Of a DNA stretch of 64,000 nucleotides, positions 52,609 through 61,371 are shown piece by piece. The DNA lies in contig LDXM01000005.1 of the NCBI GenBank assembly GCA_001443375.1, forward strand, positions 13,388 through 77,387, in the 5' to 3' direction. How positions within the stretch are numbered: position 1 is the first letter of the stretch; the number at the start of each line of letters is the position of its first letter. The translations under genes were made by a program, and so were the position numbers. The notes beneath the pieces are model-generated. The model was not told the DNA's origin. It saw only the letters and a list, made by a program, of their open reading frames with translations, and ran no database searches. This stretch comes from Chloroflexi bacterium CSP1-4. Its GTDB lineage: Bacteria > Chloroflexota > Limnocylindria > Limnocylindrales > CSP1-4.

Positions 52609-54791
52609 TGCGCATCGAGCGGCTGCGCCTGCGCGACCTCATGCGCCACGCCGACCTCGACCTGGAGCTGGCACCGGGCCTGACCGTCGTGCGCGGCCCG
52701 AACGAGTCGGGCAAGTCGACCATCCAGCGGGCCATCGAGTTCGCCTTCTTCCGCAAGGTCACCGCGGCCGGCCAGGACGTCGAGGGCCTGCGGCGCTGGG
52801 GCGCTGGCCAGGAGGCGGCGCCGGTCGTCGAACTCGACTTCGTGGACGACGCAGGCGTGGCCGGCCATCTCGTGAAGACGTTCGCCGGCGTGAAGGGCAG
52901 GGCCGAGCTGCTCTGGGGCGACGACAAACTGAACGATCCGGCCGCGATCGAGCGGCGGCTGGCCGAGCTGACCGGCATCCCCAACGAGAAGTTCTTCCGC
53001 TCCACCGCGGCGGTGCGCCACGAGGAGCTGGCCGACCTCGACCGCGATGAGACCACCCTGCGCGATCGCCTCCAGATGTCCGTCAGCGGCGCCGACCGCG
53101 GCATCGGCGCCGCGCGCAAGAAGCTCGACGACGCCGTCCGCAAGTACACCACCGAGGGCGCCAAGAACCCGGGCATGCTCAAGACCGCCCGCGAGCGCGC
53201 GGCGGCCCTGGAGATCCAGCTGAGCGACGGGGAGTCGGCGCTCGCCCGTCTCGAGGAGGAGCGCTCCGCGCTCTCCCGGGCACGCGATGCCGACGCGACG
53301 GCCGAGCGCCAGCTCAAGACCGACCGCGACCAGCTCGCGGCGGCCGAGCGGGCCGTGGCCCTGCTCGCCCGGCAGCAGGGCGCCCAGGCCCGGTACGAGC
53401 GCTACCGCCGGGCCACCGAGCTGCGCGACGAGATCGCCGCGAAGGAGGCCGGCCACCCGGCGAGAGTGCCGCTCTCCGCGCTGCGTGCCTCGGTCGAGAG
53501 GTTGCGTGTCGCCGAGAAGCAGATCTCGGAGTACCGCGCCGAGCTGGCCGACCAACCCGAGGTGTCCGGCTATGACGTGGGCGCGCTGCCCACCCCATCC
53601 TGGCGCCGCTGGGCAGTCGTCGCCCTCCTCCTGGCCGTCGTCGGCATCGTCATCGCCGCGACCGGCACGGTGGGACCGTTCGGTACGGTGCCCGGCTTCG
53701 TCGGCCTCGGCATCGCCGCCCTCGGTCTGCTCATCGGCGCGACGGCACTCGTCCAGCAGCGCCGCAGCTCCGACGTGCGCCGCCAGAACGTCCTGCGCGA
53801 GGAGCAGATCTCGCGTCGCCTGCGCGGTCGCTCGGAGATCGAGCAGCTGCTCCGCGACACCGAGGCGCGGCGCGACGGAGAGCTCGAGGTGCTCGAGCTG
53901 GCCGACGTGGCCGCCGCGGAGCTGCTCCTCGAGGCCGAAACGGCCCACGTCGCCGCCATCGACCAGCTCAAGGCCGAACAGAAGGGGCTCCTCGGCGACG
54001 AGCGGCCCGCCGACGACGTGGCGCGGCTGCGCGACGCCGCCGCGGCCGAGGCCGAGCAGGCCAGGCATGCGCTGGCGGGCATGGGCGAGATCGGCGCCGA
54101 GCCGGCCAAGTCGCGGGAACGCTGCGAGGCCACCGTGCGCGCCAGCCAGGCCGAGCGCGAGCGGGCGATGCACGAGATGGCCAACGCCGAGGGCCGCGTG
54201 GACGCCAACAAGGTCGATGCGGAGGCCGTGGCCGTCGTCGCCGAACAGCTCTTCGAGGCGCGCCGGCGGCTGGCCGCCGCCGAGCGGCGCCTGCGCATCG
54301 TGCGCACGACGCTCGAGACCCTCGACGCGGCGGAGAAGGCGACGATGAGGAAAGCCGCCCGCTTCCTTGAGAAGCGCATGGCCGGCGACGTGGCGCGCAT
54401 CACCGGCGGCCGCTACCGGCGCATCCGCGTGGACGAGGCCGAGCTGACCTTCAGCGTCTTCTCTCCCGAGACCGGCGACTGGGTGGATGTGCGTTCGCTC
54501 TCCCAGGGCACGCTCGACCAGTTCTACCTCGCGGCGCGCCTCGGGCTGGTGCGCCAGGTGACGCAGGACCGCCGCCCGCCGCTCGTCTTCGACGATCCCT
54601 TCCTGACCTTCGACGACGTCCGCGCGCGTGAGGCGCTGCAGCTCCTGCGCGAGACCGCGGCCGAGCTGCAGGTCATCTACCTGACCACCTCGGACCGCTA
54701 CGACGACGTGGCCGACCGGGTCGTGGTGCTGCCCGCACCGACCGAGCGGGACACGCAGGCGCCGGACGAGGCGTCGGTCGGGGCGGCCTGA
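52608..54791 (+). CDS. SbcC/Rad50-like AAA ATPase with coiled coils and two central TM helices (YhaN-like)
   Basis: Part of ORF 51327..54791, from MRIERLRLRDL. Walker A GPNESGKST, long Ala/Glu/Arg coiled coil, hydrophobic WAVVALLLAVVGIVIAATG...GFVGLGIAALGLLIGATAL, signature LSQGTLDQ, Walker B PPLVFDDPF. Confidence 0.85.
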   Translation: MRIERLRLRDLMRHADLDLELAPGLTVVRGPNESGKSTIQRAIEFAFFRKVTAAGQDVEGLRRWGAGQEAAPVVELDFVDDAGVAGHLVKTFAGVKGRAELLWGDDKLNDPAAIERRLAELTGIPNEKFFRSTAAVRHEELADLDRDETTLRDRLQMSVSGADRGIGAARKKLDDAVRKYTTEGAKNPGMLKTARERAAALEIQLSDGESALARLEEERSALSRARDADATAERQLKTDRDQLAAAERAVALLARQQGAQARYERYRRATELRDEIAAKEAGHPARVPLSALRASVERLRVAEKQISEYRAELADQPEVSGYDVGALPTPSWRRWAVVALLLAVVGIVIAATGTVGPFGTVPGFVGLGIAALGLLIGATALVQQRRSSDVRRQNVLREEQISRRLRGRSEIEQLLRDTEARRDGELEVLELADVAAAELLLEAETAHVAAIDQLKAEQKGLLGDERPADDVARLRDAAAAEAEQARHALAGMGEIGAEPAKSRERCEATVRASQAERERAMHEMANAEGRVDANKVDAEAVAVVAEQLFEARRRLAAAERRLRIVRTTLETLDAAEKATMRKAARFLEKRMAGDVARITGGRYRRIRVDEAELTFSVFSPETGDWVDVRSLSQGTLDQFYLAARLGLVRQVTQDRRPPLVFDDPFLTFDDVRAREALQLLRETAAELQVIYLTTSDRYDDVADRVVVLPAPTERDTQAPDEASVGAA

Positions 54792-55633
54792 ACCCGCTCG
54801 GCGTCGTCCTCGGCCTCGCCTCGGCCGCCTCCTGGGGCAGCGCGGACTTCCTCGGCGGCCTCGCGACCCGAGCGGTCGGCGCCCTGCCCACGGTCGCGCT
54901 CAGCCAGCTCGTCGGGTTCGCCGGCGCGCTGGGGCTGGCGCTGGTGGCCCGCGAGGCACTCCCCGGCCCGCTCCCGCTGGCCTGGGGTATCGTCGCGGGC
55001 CTGGCCGGTCTGGGCGGCGTCCTGGCGCTCTATCGAGTCCTGGCCGTGGGCACGATGAGCGTCGGCTCGCCGCTCGTGGGCGTCATGGGCGCGGGACTGC
55101 CGGCCGCCGCCGGCCTCCTGCTCGGGGACGCCGTCTCCTCGCTCGACCTCGCCGGCGTCGCCTGTGGGCTGGCCGCCGTGGCGGCCGTCTCGTGGACCCC
55201 CTCGGGCCAGGGGAGGGGCGAGCTGCGGCGCGTGCTGCCACTCGTGGTCGCCGCCGGCATCGGCTTCGCCGGCTTCTACCTGGCCATCGACCAGGCGGCC
55301 CGCACGGGCGGCGAGACGTGGTGGCCGCTGGTGGCGGCGCGGGCGGGGTCGGTGCTGGGTGCGGCCATCGCCGTGGCGCGTCTGCGCCCGGGGGGACGAC
55401 CCACGGGCCGCTGGCCGATGCTCATCGCGATCGGCCTGGGCGACCTGCTGGGCAACGCGTTCTTCGTGATGGCCAACGCACAGGGGGCGCTCAGCGTGGC
55501 GGCGGTGCTCTCGTCGCTCTACCCGGTGGCGACGATCGTCCTCGCGCGGCTCGTCCTCGGAGAGCGGTTGCGCCGGGCGCAGGCGCTCGGCGTGGCCCTG
55601 GCGCTCGTCGGCGTCGCGCTCATCGCCGCATGA
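54788..55633 (+). CDS. EamA/DMT-family transporter, probable non-canonical CTG start
   Basis: ORF track starts at the GTG at 54944 (229 aa). However, the in-frame upstream sequence LNPLGVVLGLASAASWGSADFLGGLATRAVGALPTVALSQLVGFAGALGLAL encodes the expected first EamA helices. I see no ATG, GTG or TTG between 54722 and 54944. The CTG at 54788 overlaps the upstream TGA (CTGA). Confidence 0.65.
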   Translation: MNPLGVVLGLASAASWGSADFLGGLATRAVGALPTVALSQLVGFAGALGLALVAREALPGPLPLAWGIVAGLAGLGGVLALYRVLAVGTMSVGSPLVGVMGAGLPAAAGLLLGDAVSSLDLAGVACGLAAVAAVSWTPSGQGRGELRRVLPLVVAAGIGFAGFYLAIDQAARTGGETWWPLVAARAGSVLGAAIAVARLRPGGRPTGRWPMLIAIGLGDLLGNAFFVMANAQGALSVAAVLSSLYPVATIVLARLVLGERLRRAQALGVALALVGVALIAA

Positions 55634-55663
55634 CCCAGCGCCGGCGGGGATAGCCAACGCGCG

Positions 55664-56788
55664 GTGCCGCATGCGAGGATGACGTCGATGCTCACCGACG
55701 AGACGATCCGCCGTGCGCCCAAGGTGCTCCTCCACGACCACCTCGACGGCGGCCTGCGCCCATCCACCATCGTCGAGCTGGCCGCCGAGTTCGGCTACGA
55801 CGGGCTGCCGACGACCGATCCGACCGACCTTGCGGCCTGGGTCCGGCGGGGCGCCGACCGCAAGTCGCTCGAGCTGTACCTCGAGACGTTCGCCCACACG
55901 GTCGGGGTCCTCCAGGAGCGCGACGCGATCATCCGCGTGGCGGCCGAGTGCGCCGAAGACCTCGCCGCCGACGGGGTCGTCTACGCCGAGGTGCGCTACG
56001 CGCCCGAGCTGTCGACCGAGCGCGGCCTGACGCTCGACGAGGTCGTGCAGGCCAACCTCGAGGGCTTCGGGCTGGGCATGGAGCGGGCCGCCGCAGCCGG
56101 CCGGCCGATCGTCATGAAGATGATCGCCACGGCGATGCGCCAGGCGGCGCGGTCGGTCGAGGTGGCCCAGTGCGCCGTCCGTCATCGCGACGAGGGTGTC
56201 GTCGGCTTCGACATCGCCGGCCCGGAGGCCGGCTATCGCCCGACCCGCCACCTCGACGCGTTCGACTTCATCCGCCACGAGAACTTCCACATCACCATCC
56301 ACGCCGGCGAGAGCTTCGGGCTGCCGTCCATCTGGGAGGCGCTGCAGTGGTGCGGCGCCGAGCGTCTCGGCCACGGCGTGCGCCTCGTCGACGACATCAC
56401 GCAGGAGCCCGACGGATCGGTCCGGCTGGGGCGGCTGGCCGCCTTCGTGCGCGACCGGCGCGTTCCGCTCGAGATGTGCCCCACCTCGAACGTCCACACC
56501 GGCGCCGTGGCCAGCCTGGCCGACCACCCCATCGACCTGTTGCGCCGCCTCCGCTTCCGGGTGACCGTGAACACCGACGACCGGCTGATGAGCGGCGTGT
56601 CGCTCTCGTCCGAGTTCGCCGCCCTGGCCGCCACGTTCGGCATCGACCTGGGCGAGATGGAGTGGCTGACGCTGAACGGCGCGAAGAGCTCCTTCGCACC
56701 GTTCGACGAGCGGCTGCGCCTCATCAACTCGGTCATCAAGCCGCGCTACGCCGTGCTCCGGGCGGAGGAGGCCGCCGTCCTCGGCTGA
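55664..56788 (+). CDS. add: Adenosine deaminase
   Basis: ORF 55664..56788. PKVLLHDHLDGGLRP, ITIHAGE, RLGHGV, CPTSN, VNTDD. Start may be the ATG at 55679. Confidence 0.9.
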   Translation: MPHARMTSMLTDETIRRAPKVLLHDHLDGGLRPSTIVELAAEFGYDGLPTTDPTDLAAWVRRGADRKSLELYLETFAHTVGVLQERDAIIRVAAECAEDLAADGVVYAEVRYAPELSTERGLTLDEVVQANLEGFGLGMERAAAAGRPIVMKMIATAMRQAARSVEVAQCAVRHRDEGVVGFDIAGPEAGYRPTRHLDAFDFIRHENFHITIHAGESFGLPSIWEALQWCGAERLGHGVRLVDDITQEPDGSVRLGRLAAFVRDRRVPLEMCPTSNVHTGAVASLADHPIDLLRRLRFRVTVNTDDRLMSGVSLSSEFAALAATFGIDLGEMEWLTLNGAKSSFAPFDERLRLINSVIKPRYAVLRAEEAAVLG

Positions 56789-56814
56789 GAGCGACCGCCG
56801 TGGCCCCCGCGCCG

Positions 56815-57603
56815 TCAGCGCCTCATGAGCCCTGCCGCGGCCGCCGCATCGAGCAGCCAGACGGCGTTGTCGCCGCGAGCGAGCTGCGCCGGCAGCCGCG
56901 CGACGTCCAGCGGTCCCTCCAGCACCTCGGCCACGCGCCCCGCCTTCGCCGCCCCGTGGCACATGACGAGAACGTGGCGCGCCACGGTGACCACGCGCGG
57001 GTCCAGCGTCAGCCGGGGCAGGTGCGGCTCGATGTGCGTGGGTGCGGGCACGGCCATCGCGAGCGGCGCTCCCGCGGCCAGCGCCGCGCTACCCGGGAAC
57101 ACCGACAGGATGTGCCCGTCGGCGCCCATGCCCAGCAGGACCAGGTCGAAGACGGGCAACCCGTCGCGGCCGACCGGGACGCGCGCCCGCAGCCGCTCGG
57201 CGTAGGTCTTGGCCGCCCACGCCGCGCCCAGCCCCTCGCCGATCGCCGCCTCGACCGGGAAGGGGTGGATGCGCTCCGCCGGGACGGGCAGGCCCATCCC
57301 GCCGTCGCCGATGTCGAGGAGGATGTCCAGCGCGAGGCGGGCGCACGAGGCCGCGTGGTCGGGCGGGACGTAGCGCTCGTCGCCCCACCACAGCTCGACG
57401 CGCGACCAGTCGAAGGCCTCGCGGCGCGGCCAGGTGGCGAGGCGGACGTAGAGCGCGACCGCCGTGGAGCCGCCCGTCAGCGCGACGTGCGCGATGCCGC
57501 GCCCCGCGACGGCGGCGGCGAGCACGCCCACGACCCGCTCGGCGGCCGCTTCCGCGAGCGCCTCGGGATCGGGCAGGACGACGACCTCGGCCATCGCGCT
57601 CAC
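56815..57603 (-). CDS. pgl: 6-phosphogluconolactonase
   Basis: ORF 56815..57603. ALTGGST, WWGDERYVP, LLGMGADGH. GTGA overlap with opcA. Confidence 0.85.
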   Translation of the reverse strand: MSAMAEVVVLPDPEALAEAAAERVVGVLAAAVAGRGIAHVALTGGSTAVALYVRLATWPRREAFDWSRVELWWGDERYVPPDHAASCARLALDILLDIGDGGMGLPVPAERIHPFPVEAAIGEGLGAAWAAKTYAERLRARVPVGRDGLPVFDLVLLGMGADGHILSVFPGSAALAAGAPLAMAVPAPTHIEPHLPRLTLDPRVVTVARHVLVMCHGAAKAGRVAEVLEGPLDVARLPAQLARGDNAVWLLDAAAAAGLMRR

Positions 57604-58850
57604 ACCCCCAGCAGGTGCACGGCCTGTTCGATCGCCCGGCCGAGGACGCGATCCGGGCCGGCCCGCTCGAGCGCCTCGGCGAGATACGGCGCCTCCCCGA
57701 ACGGCTCCAGGCGTCCGGCCCGCCGGCTGACCTCGGCACCCGACCAGTCGGCCGTGGCGAGCAGGTGGTCCGCCTGGCGGGTCACGCGGGCGCGCACCTC
57801 GTGACCGCGCCGGCCCAGCTCCAGCTCCACCAGCACCAGCGAGCCCGGCGAGCGCAGCCTCGCGTCACCGGCATCGCCGACCGGGCGCACCTCGACCCGC
57901 ACCGCGCCCCGCTCGCCCCGGAAGGTCCCCACCAGGGCGCCGCCGCCACCACGCGACGCCGCCAGGGGCGCCACGACCACCCAGCCCAGCGTCGCGGCCA
58001 GCCAGCCGGCGAAGAGGGCCGCCTTCGTCAGGCGCAGCGCGTCGCCCGGGCGCAGGACGTCGATGCGCAGCGCGCGCGCGGCCGGCAGCTCCGGCGCGAG
58101 GAGGGGGTGCTCGAAGAGCCCGGCCAGCAGCTCCCGCCACAGCGTCAGGCGCATCCAGCCGATGTCGTGCACGACGGGCCGCCCGGCGGCGTACACCTCG
58201 GCCAGCCCCGCCAGGTGCGCGCCGCCATCGTCGCCGAACGAGCCCGAGTCGACCAGCAGCCGGTCGCAGATCGCGAGCAGGTCGCCGAAACGGTGGCGGC
58301 CGATGGGCGGGTCGTCGAGCCACCAGAGGACGACCGGGAGGTCGTGGATCAGCAGCGGCTGCACGAGCCCGGCCAGGTGCTGCTCGATCTCGCCGCCCGT
58401 GCGCACGACGATCTGCTCGGTGCAGGTCTCGGCTCCGCTGCGCCCGGCGATGCGGCACTGGGCGGAGATCCCCGCGTCGATCCAGGAGGGCCCGCCCGGA
58501 TCGCCCGGGCTGAGCACGAGCGCCCGCGAGGGGTGCCGCGTGGCCAGCGTGTTGATCGCGTCGAGGGCGCGCTCGGACGTCTCCGGTCGCGGGGCCACCG
58601 CCACCAGCGTGAGGACGGACGTGCGCATGCGCACGCCCACGTCGCCGGCCACGTCGAGCCGGCCGGCCAGGTGCGGGTCGCCCAGCGCCAGGGCGCGCGC
58701 CCGCGCCGAGAGGTGGGCCTCGTGCGACTCGCGCGCCGCCGCGCTCCAGATGCGCGACAGCTCCGCCTCGATCCCGGGCACGCTCGTGGCCCGGGCCGTC
58801 CAGCGCCGGGCGCCCGCCACCATCGTGATCGGCTCGCCGCCCACGTTCAC
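57600..58850 (-). CDS. opcA: Glucose-6-phosphate dehydrogenase assembly protein OpcA
   Basis: ORF 57600..58850. Sits between zwf and pgl. LVQPLLIHDLPVVLWW, VDSGSF, DIGWMRLTLWRE are typical of OpcA. Confidence 0.85.
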   Translation of the reverse strand: MNVGGEPITMVAGARRWTARATSVPGIEAELSRIWSAAARESHEAHLSARARALALGDPHLAGRLDVAGDVGVRMRTSVLTLVAVAPRPETSERALDAINTLATRHPSRALVLSPGDPGGPSWIDAGISAQCRIAGRSGAETCTEQIVVRTGGEIEQHLAGLVQPLLIHDLPVVLWWLDDPPIGRHRFGDLLAICDRLLVDSGSFGDDGGAHLAGLAEVYAAGRPVVHDIGWMRLTLWRELLAGLFEHPLLAPELPAARALRIDVLRPGDALRLTKAALFAGWLAATLGWVVVAPLAASRGGGGALVGTFRGERGAVRVEVRPVGDAGDARLRSPGSLVLVELELGRRGHEVRARVTRQADHLLATADWSGAEVSRRAGRLEPFGEAPYLAEALERAGPDRVLGRAIEQAVHLLGV

Positions 58851-60454
58851 AGCCTCCGCCAGCGGCGCCCGTCCCGCTCGATGAGCCGGTCGGCGGCCTC
58901 CGGGCCCCAGGTGCCGGCCTCGTACGGGTGCACGCGCAGCTCCTCGCCCGGGGTGGCACCGGCCGCGAGCTCCTCGATGGGCGAGACGATGCCCCAGGCG
59001 GCCTCGACCTCGTCGGCGCGGGTGAACAGCGAGGCGTCGCCGAGCATCGCGTCGAGGATGAGCGTCTCGTACGCCTCGGGCGCCTCGGTCGAGAAGGAGC
59101 TGCCGTAGGTGAAGTCCATGTTCACGCTGCGCACGTCGAGGCCGAGCTCGGGCACCTTGGCCGCGAAACGCAGCAGGATGCCCTCGTCGGGCTGGATGCG
59201 CAGGGCCAGCAGGTTCGGCTCGGGGTCGCTGGTCGACTCCCGGAAGAGCATGAGCGGCGGCCGCTTGAACTGGACGGCGATCTCGGTCGTCCGCTTGGGC
59301 AGCCGCTTGCCGGTGCGCAGGTAGAAGGGCACGTCCGCCCAGCGCCAGTTCTGGACCTCGAGGCGGAGCGCGACGAAGGTGTCCGTCTCGGAGTCGGCGG
59401 CCACCTCCGGCTCGTCGCGGTAGCCGGCCACGTGCACACCGCCCACCCAGCCTGAGCCGTACTGGCCGCGTACGACGTCGCGGCGCACGCGCTCGGCCGT
59501 CCAGTCGGGATCCACGGAGCGCAGCACGCGCAGCTTCTCGTCGCGCAGCGCGTCGGCCTCGAAGGCGATGGGCGGCTCCATGGCGACGAGGCTGAGGAGC
59601 TGCAGCATGTGGTTCTGGAGGATGTCGCGCGTCGCTCCGGCCTCTTCGTAGAACGAGCCGCGGCCCTCCATGCCCAGGTCCTCGGCCACGGTGATCTGCA
59701 CGTGGTCGATGTAGCGCCGGTTCCAGACCGGCTCGAAGATGCCGTTGCCGAAGCGGAAGACGAGGATGTTGCGGACCGTCTCCTTGCCCAGGTAGTGGTC
59801 GATGCGGTAGACCTGCGACTCGCGGAAGACGCGCAGGACCTCGCGGTTGAGCGCGCGCCCCGACTCGAGGTCGTGGCCGAAGGGCTTCTCGATGACGATG
59901 CGCGCCCAGCCGCCGCGGCGCTGCTCACGGTCGAGGCCGGCTCGACCGAGGTTCTCGACGATGGGCCCGTAGGCCGAGGGCGGCGTGGCCAGGTAGAAGA
60001 GCCGGTTGCCGCGCGTGCCGCGCGCGGCATCGATGCGGTCGAGGCGGTCAGCCAGCGCCCGGTACGCCTCGGGCGTCGTGAAGTCGCCCTGCTGGTAGTG
60101 GATGCCGGCGGCGAAGTCGGCCCACAGGGCGGGCTCGATGGGCAGCCGCGAGTGGTCCGCGACCGCCACTGCCATCTCGGCGCGGTAGGTCTCGTCCGTG
60201 TACGGCCGCCGGGCGTAGCCGAGCACGCTCGACTCCGCCGGCAGGAGCCCGGCCCGGCGCAGGTTGACGAGGGCGGGCAGGACGCGGCGGTGCGCCAGGT
60301 CGCCGGTGGCCCCGAAGAGGACGACCGTGCACGGCTCCGGCACCTTCTCCAGGCGCAGGCCCTCGCGCAGCGGGTTCGCGAGGGCGCGGGACCGGCCCCG
60401 AGCACCGCTCCGGGAGGTCCCGGAGCGACGGGCCGGCGTGCTGCGCACGGCCAT
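58847..60454 (-). CDS. zwf: Glucose-6-phosphate 1-dehydrogenase
   Basis: Part of ORF 58847..61165, from MAVRSTPARR. LFGATGDLA, EKPFG, RIDHYLGKE, QNHMLQ. Confidence 0.9.
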   Translation of the reverse strand: MAVRSTPARRSGTSRSGARGRSRALANPLREGLRLEKVPEPCTVVLFGATGDLAHRRVLPALVNLRRAGLLPAESSVLGYARRPYTDETYRAEMAVAVADHSRLPIEPALWADFAAGIHYQQGDFTTPEAYRALADRLDRIDAARGTRGNRLFYLATPPSAYGPIVENLGRAGLDREQRRGGWARIVIEKPFGHDLESGRALNREVLRVFRESQVYRIDHYLGKETVRNILVFRFGNGIFEPVWNRRYIDHVQITVAEDLGMEGRGSFYEEAGATRDILQNHMLQLLSLVAMEPPIAFEADALRDEKLRVLRSVDPDWTAERVRRDVVRGQYGSGWVGGVHVAGYRDEPEVAADSETDTFVALRLEVQNWRWADVPFYLRTGKRLPKRTTEIAVQFKRPPLMLFRESTSDPEPNLLALRIQPDEGILLRFAAKVPELGLDVRSVNMDFTYGSSFSTEAPEAYETLILDAMLGDASLFTRADEVEAAWGIVSPIEELAAGATPGEELRVHPYEAGTWGPEAADRLIERDGRRWRRL

Positions 60455-61353
60455 CAGTCGGTCTTCAGCGCGTGCCCGCCGAACTGCTGGCGGAGCGCGG
60501 CCAGCACCTTCGCGCCGTAGCTCTCGTCCTGGCGGCTGGCGAAGCGGGCGAGCAGCGAGAGGGTGATGATCGGCGCCGGGACGTCCAGCGCCATGGCCTC
60601 CGCGACCGTCCAGCGGCCCTCCCCCGAGTCGGCCACCCAGCCCTTGATGTCCTCGAGGCCCTCGCCGTGCTCGGCGAAGGCGAGGCCGGCCAGCTCGAGC
60701 AGCCAGGAGCGGATGACGGTGCCGTGCTGCCAGGTCTTCGCGACCGCCTCCAGGTCGAGCGAGTACTCGGAGGCGTGGAGGATCTCGAAGCCCTCGGCGT
60801 AGGCCTGCATCAGGCCGTACTCGATGCCGTTGTGGACCATCTTCACGTAGTGCCCGCTGCCGGCCGGCCCGCAGTGGACGTAGCCGCCCTCGGGCGCCAG
60901 CGAGCGGAAGATCGGCTCCAGCGGCTCGACGTCCTCGCGGTCGCCGCCGACCATCGTGCCATAGCCGTTCTGCAGGCCCCACACGCCCCCGGAGATGCCC
61001 GCGTCCACGAAGCGCAGGCCGCGCTCCCTGAGCATGCCGTGGCGGCGCTTCGAGTCGTGGAAGTTCGCGTTGCCCCCATCCACGATCCAGTCGCCGGGGG
61101 AGAGCACGGCGGCGAACTCCTCGAGCGTCGCCTCGGTGGCGTCCCCGGCCGGCACCATGAGCCACACGATGTGCGGGGCCGGGAGCATGCCCACGGCCTC
61201 CTCGGCCGTGAAGGCGCCCTCGAGCCCCTCGGCCATGATCTCGCGCGTCTTCTCCGGCGAGCGATTGAAGGCGACGACGCGGTGGCCGGCGCGTTGCAGG
61301 CGGCGGGCCATGTTGCCGCCCATGCGGCCGAGGCCGACGATGGCGAGGTCCAC
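60454..61353 (-). CDS. gnd: 6-phosphogluconate dehydrogenase, short (about 300 aa, decarboxylating, Gnd-like) type
   Basis: ORF 60454..61353. VGLGRMGGNMARRL, GNANF, GISGG, GSGHYVKMVHNGIEYG. Confidence 0.9.
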   Translation of the reverse strand: MDLAIVGLGRMGGNMARRLQRAGHRVVAFNRSPEKTREIMAEGLEGAFTAEEAVGMLPAPHIVWLMVPAGDATEATLEEFAAVLSPGDWIVDGGNANFHDSKRRHGMLRERGLRFVDAGISGGVWGLQNGYGTMVGGDREDVEPLEPIFRSLAPEGGYVHCGPAGSGHYVKMVHNGIEYGLMQAYAEGFEILHASEYSLDLEAVAKTWQHGTVIRSWLLELAGLAFAEHGEGLEDIKGWVADSGEGRWTVAEAMALDVPAPIITLSLLARFASRQDESYGAKVLAALRQQFGGHALKTD

Positions 61354-61371
61354 GATCCAGGTCTCCCGTGC

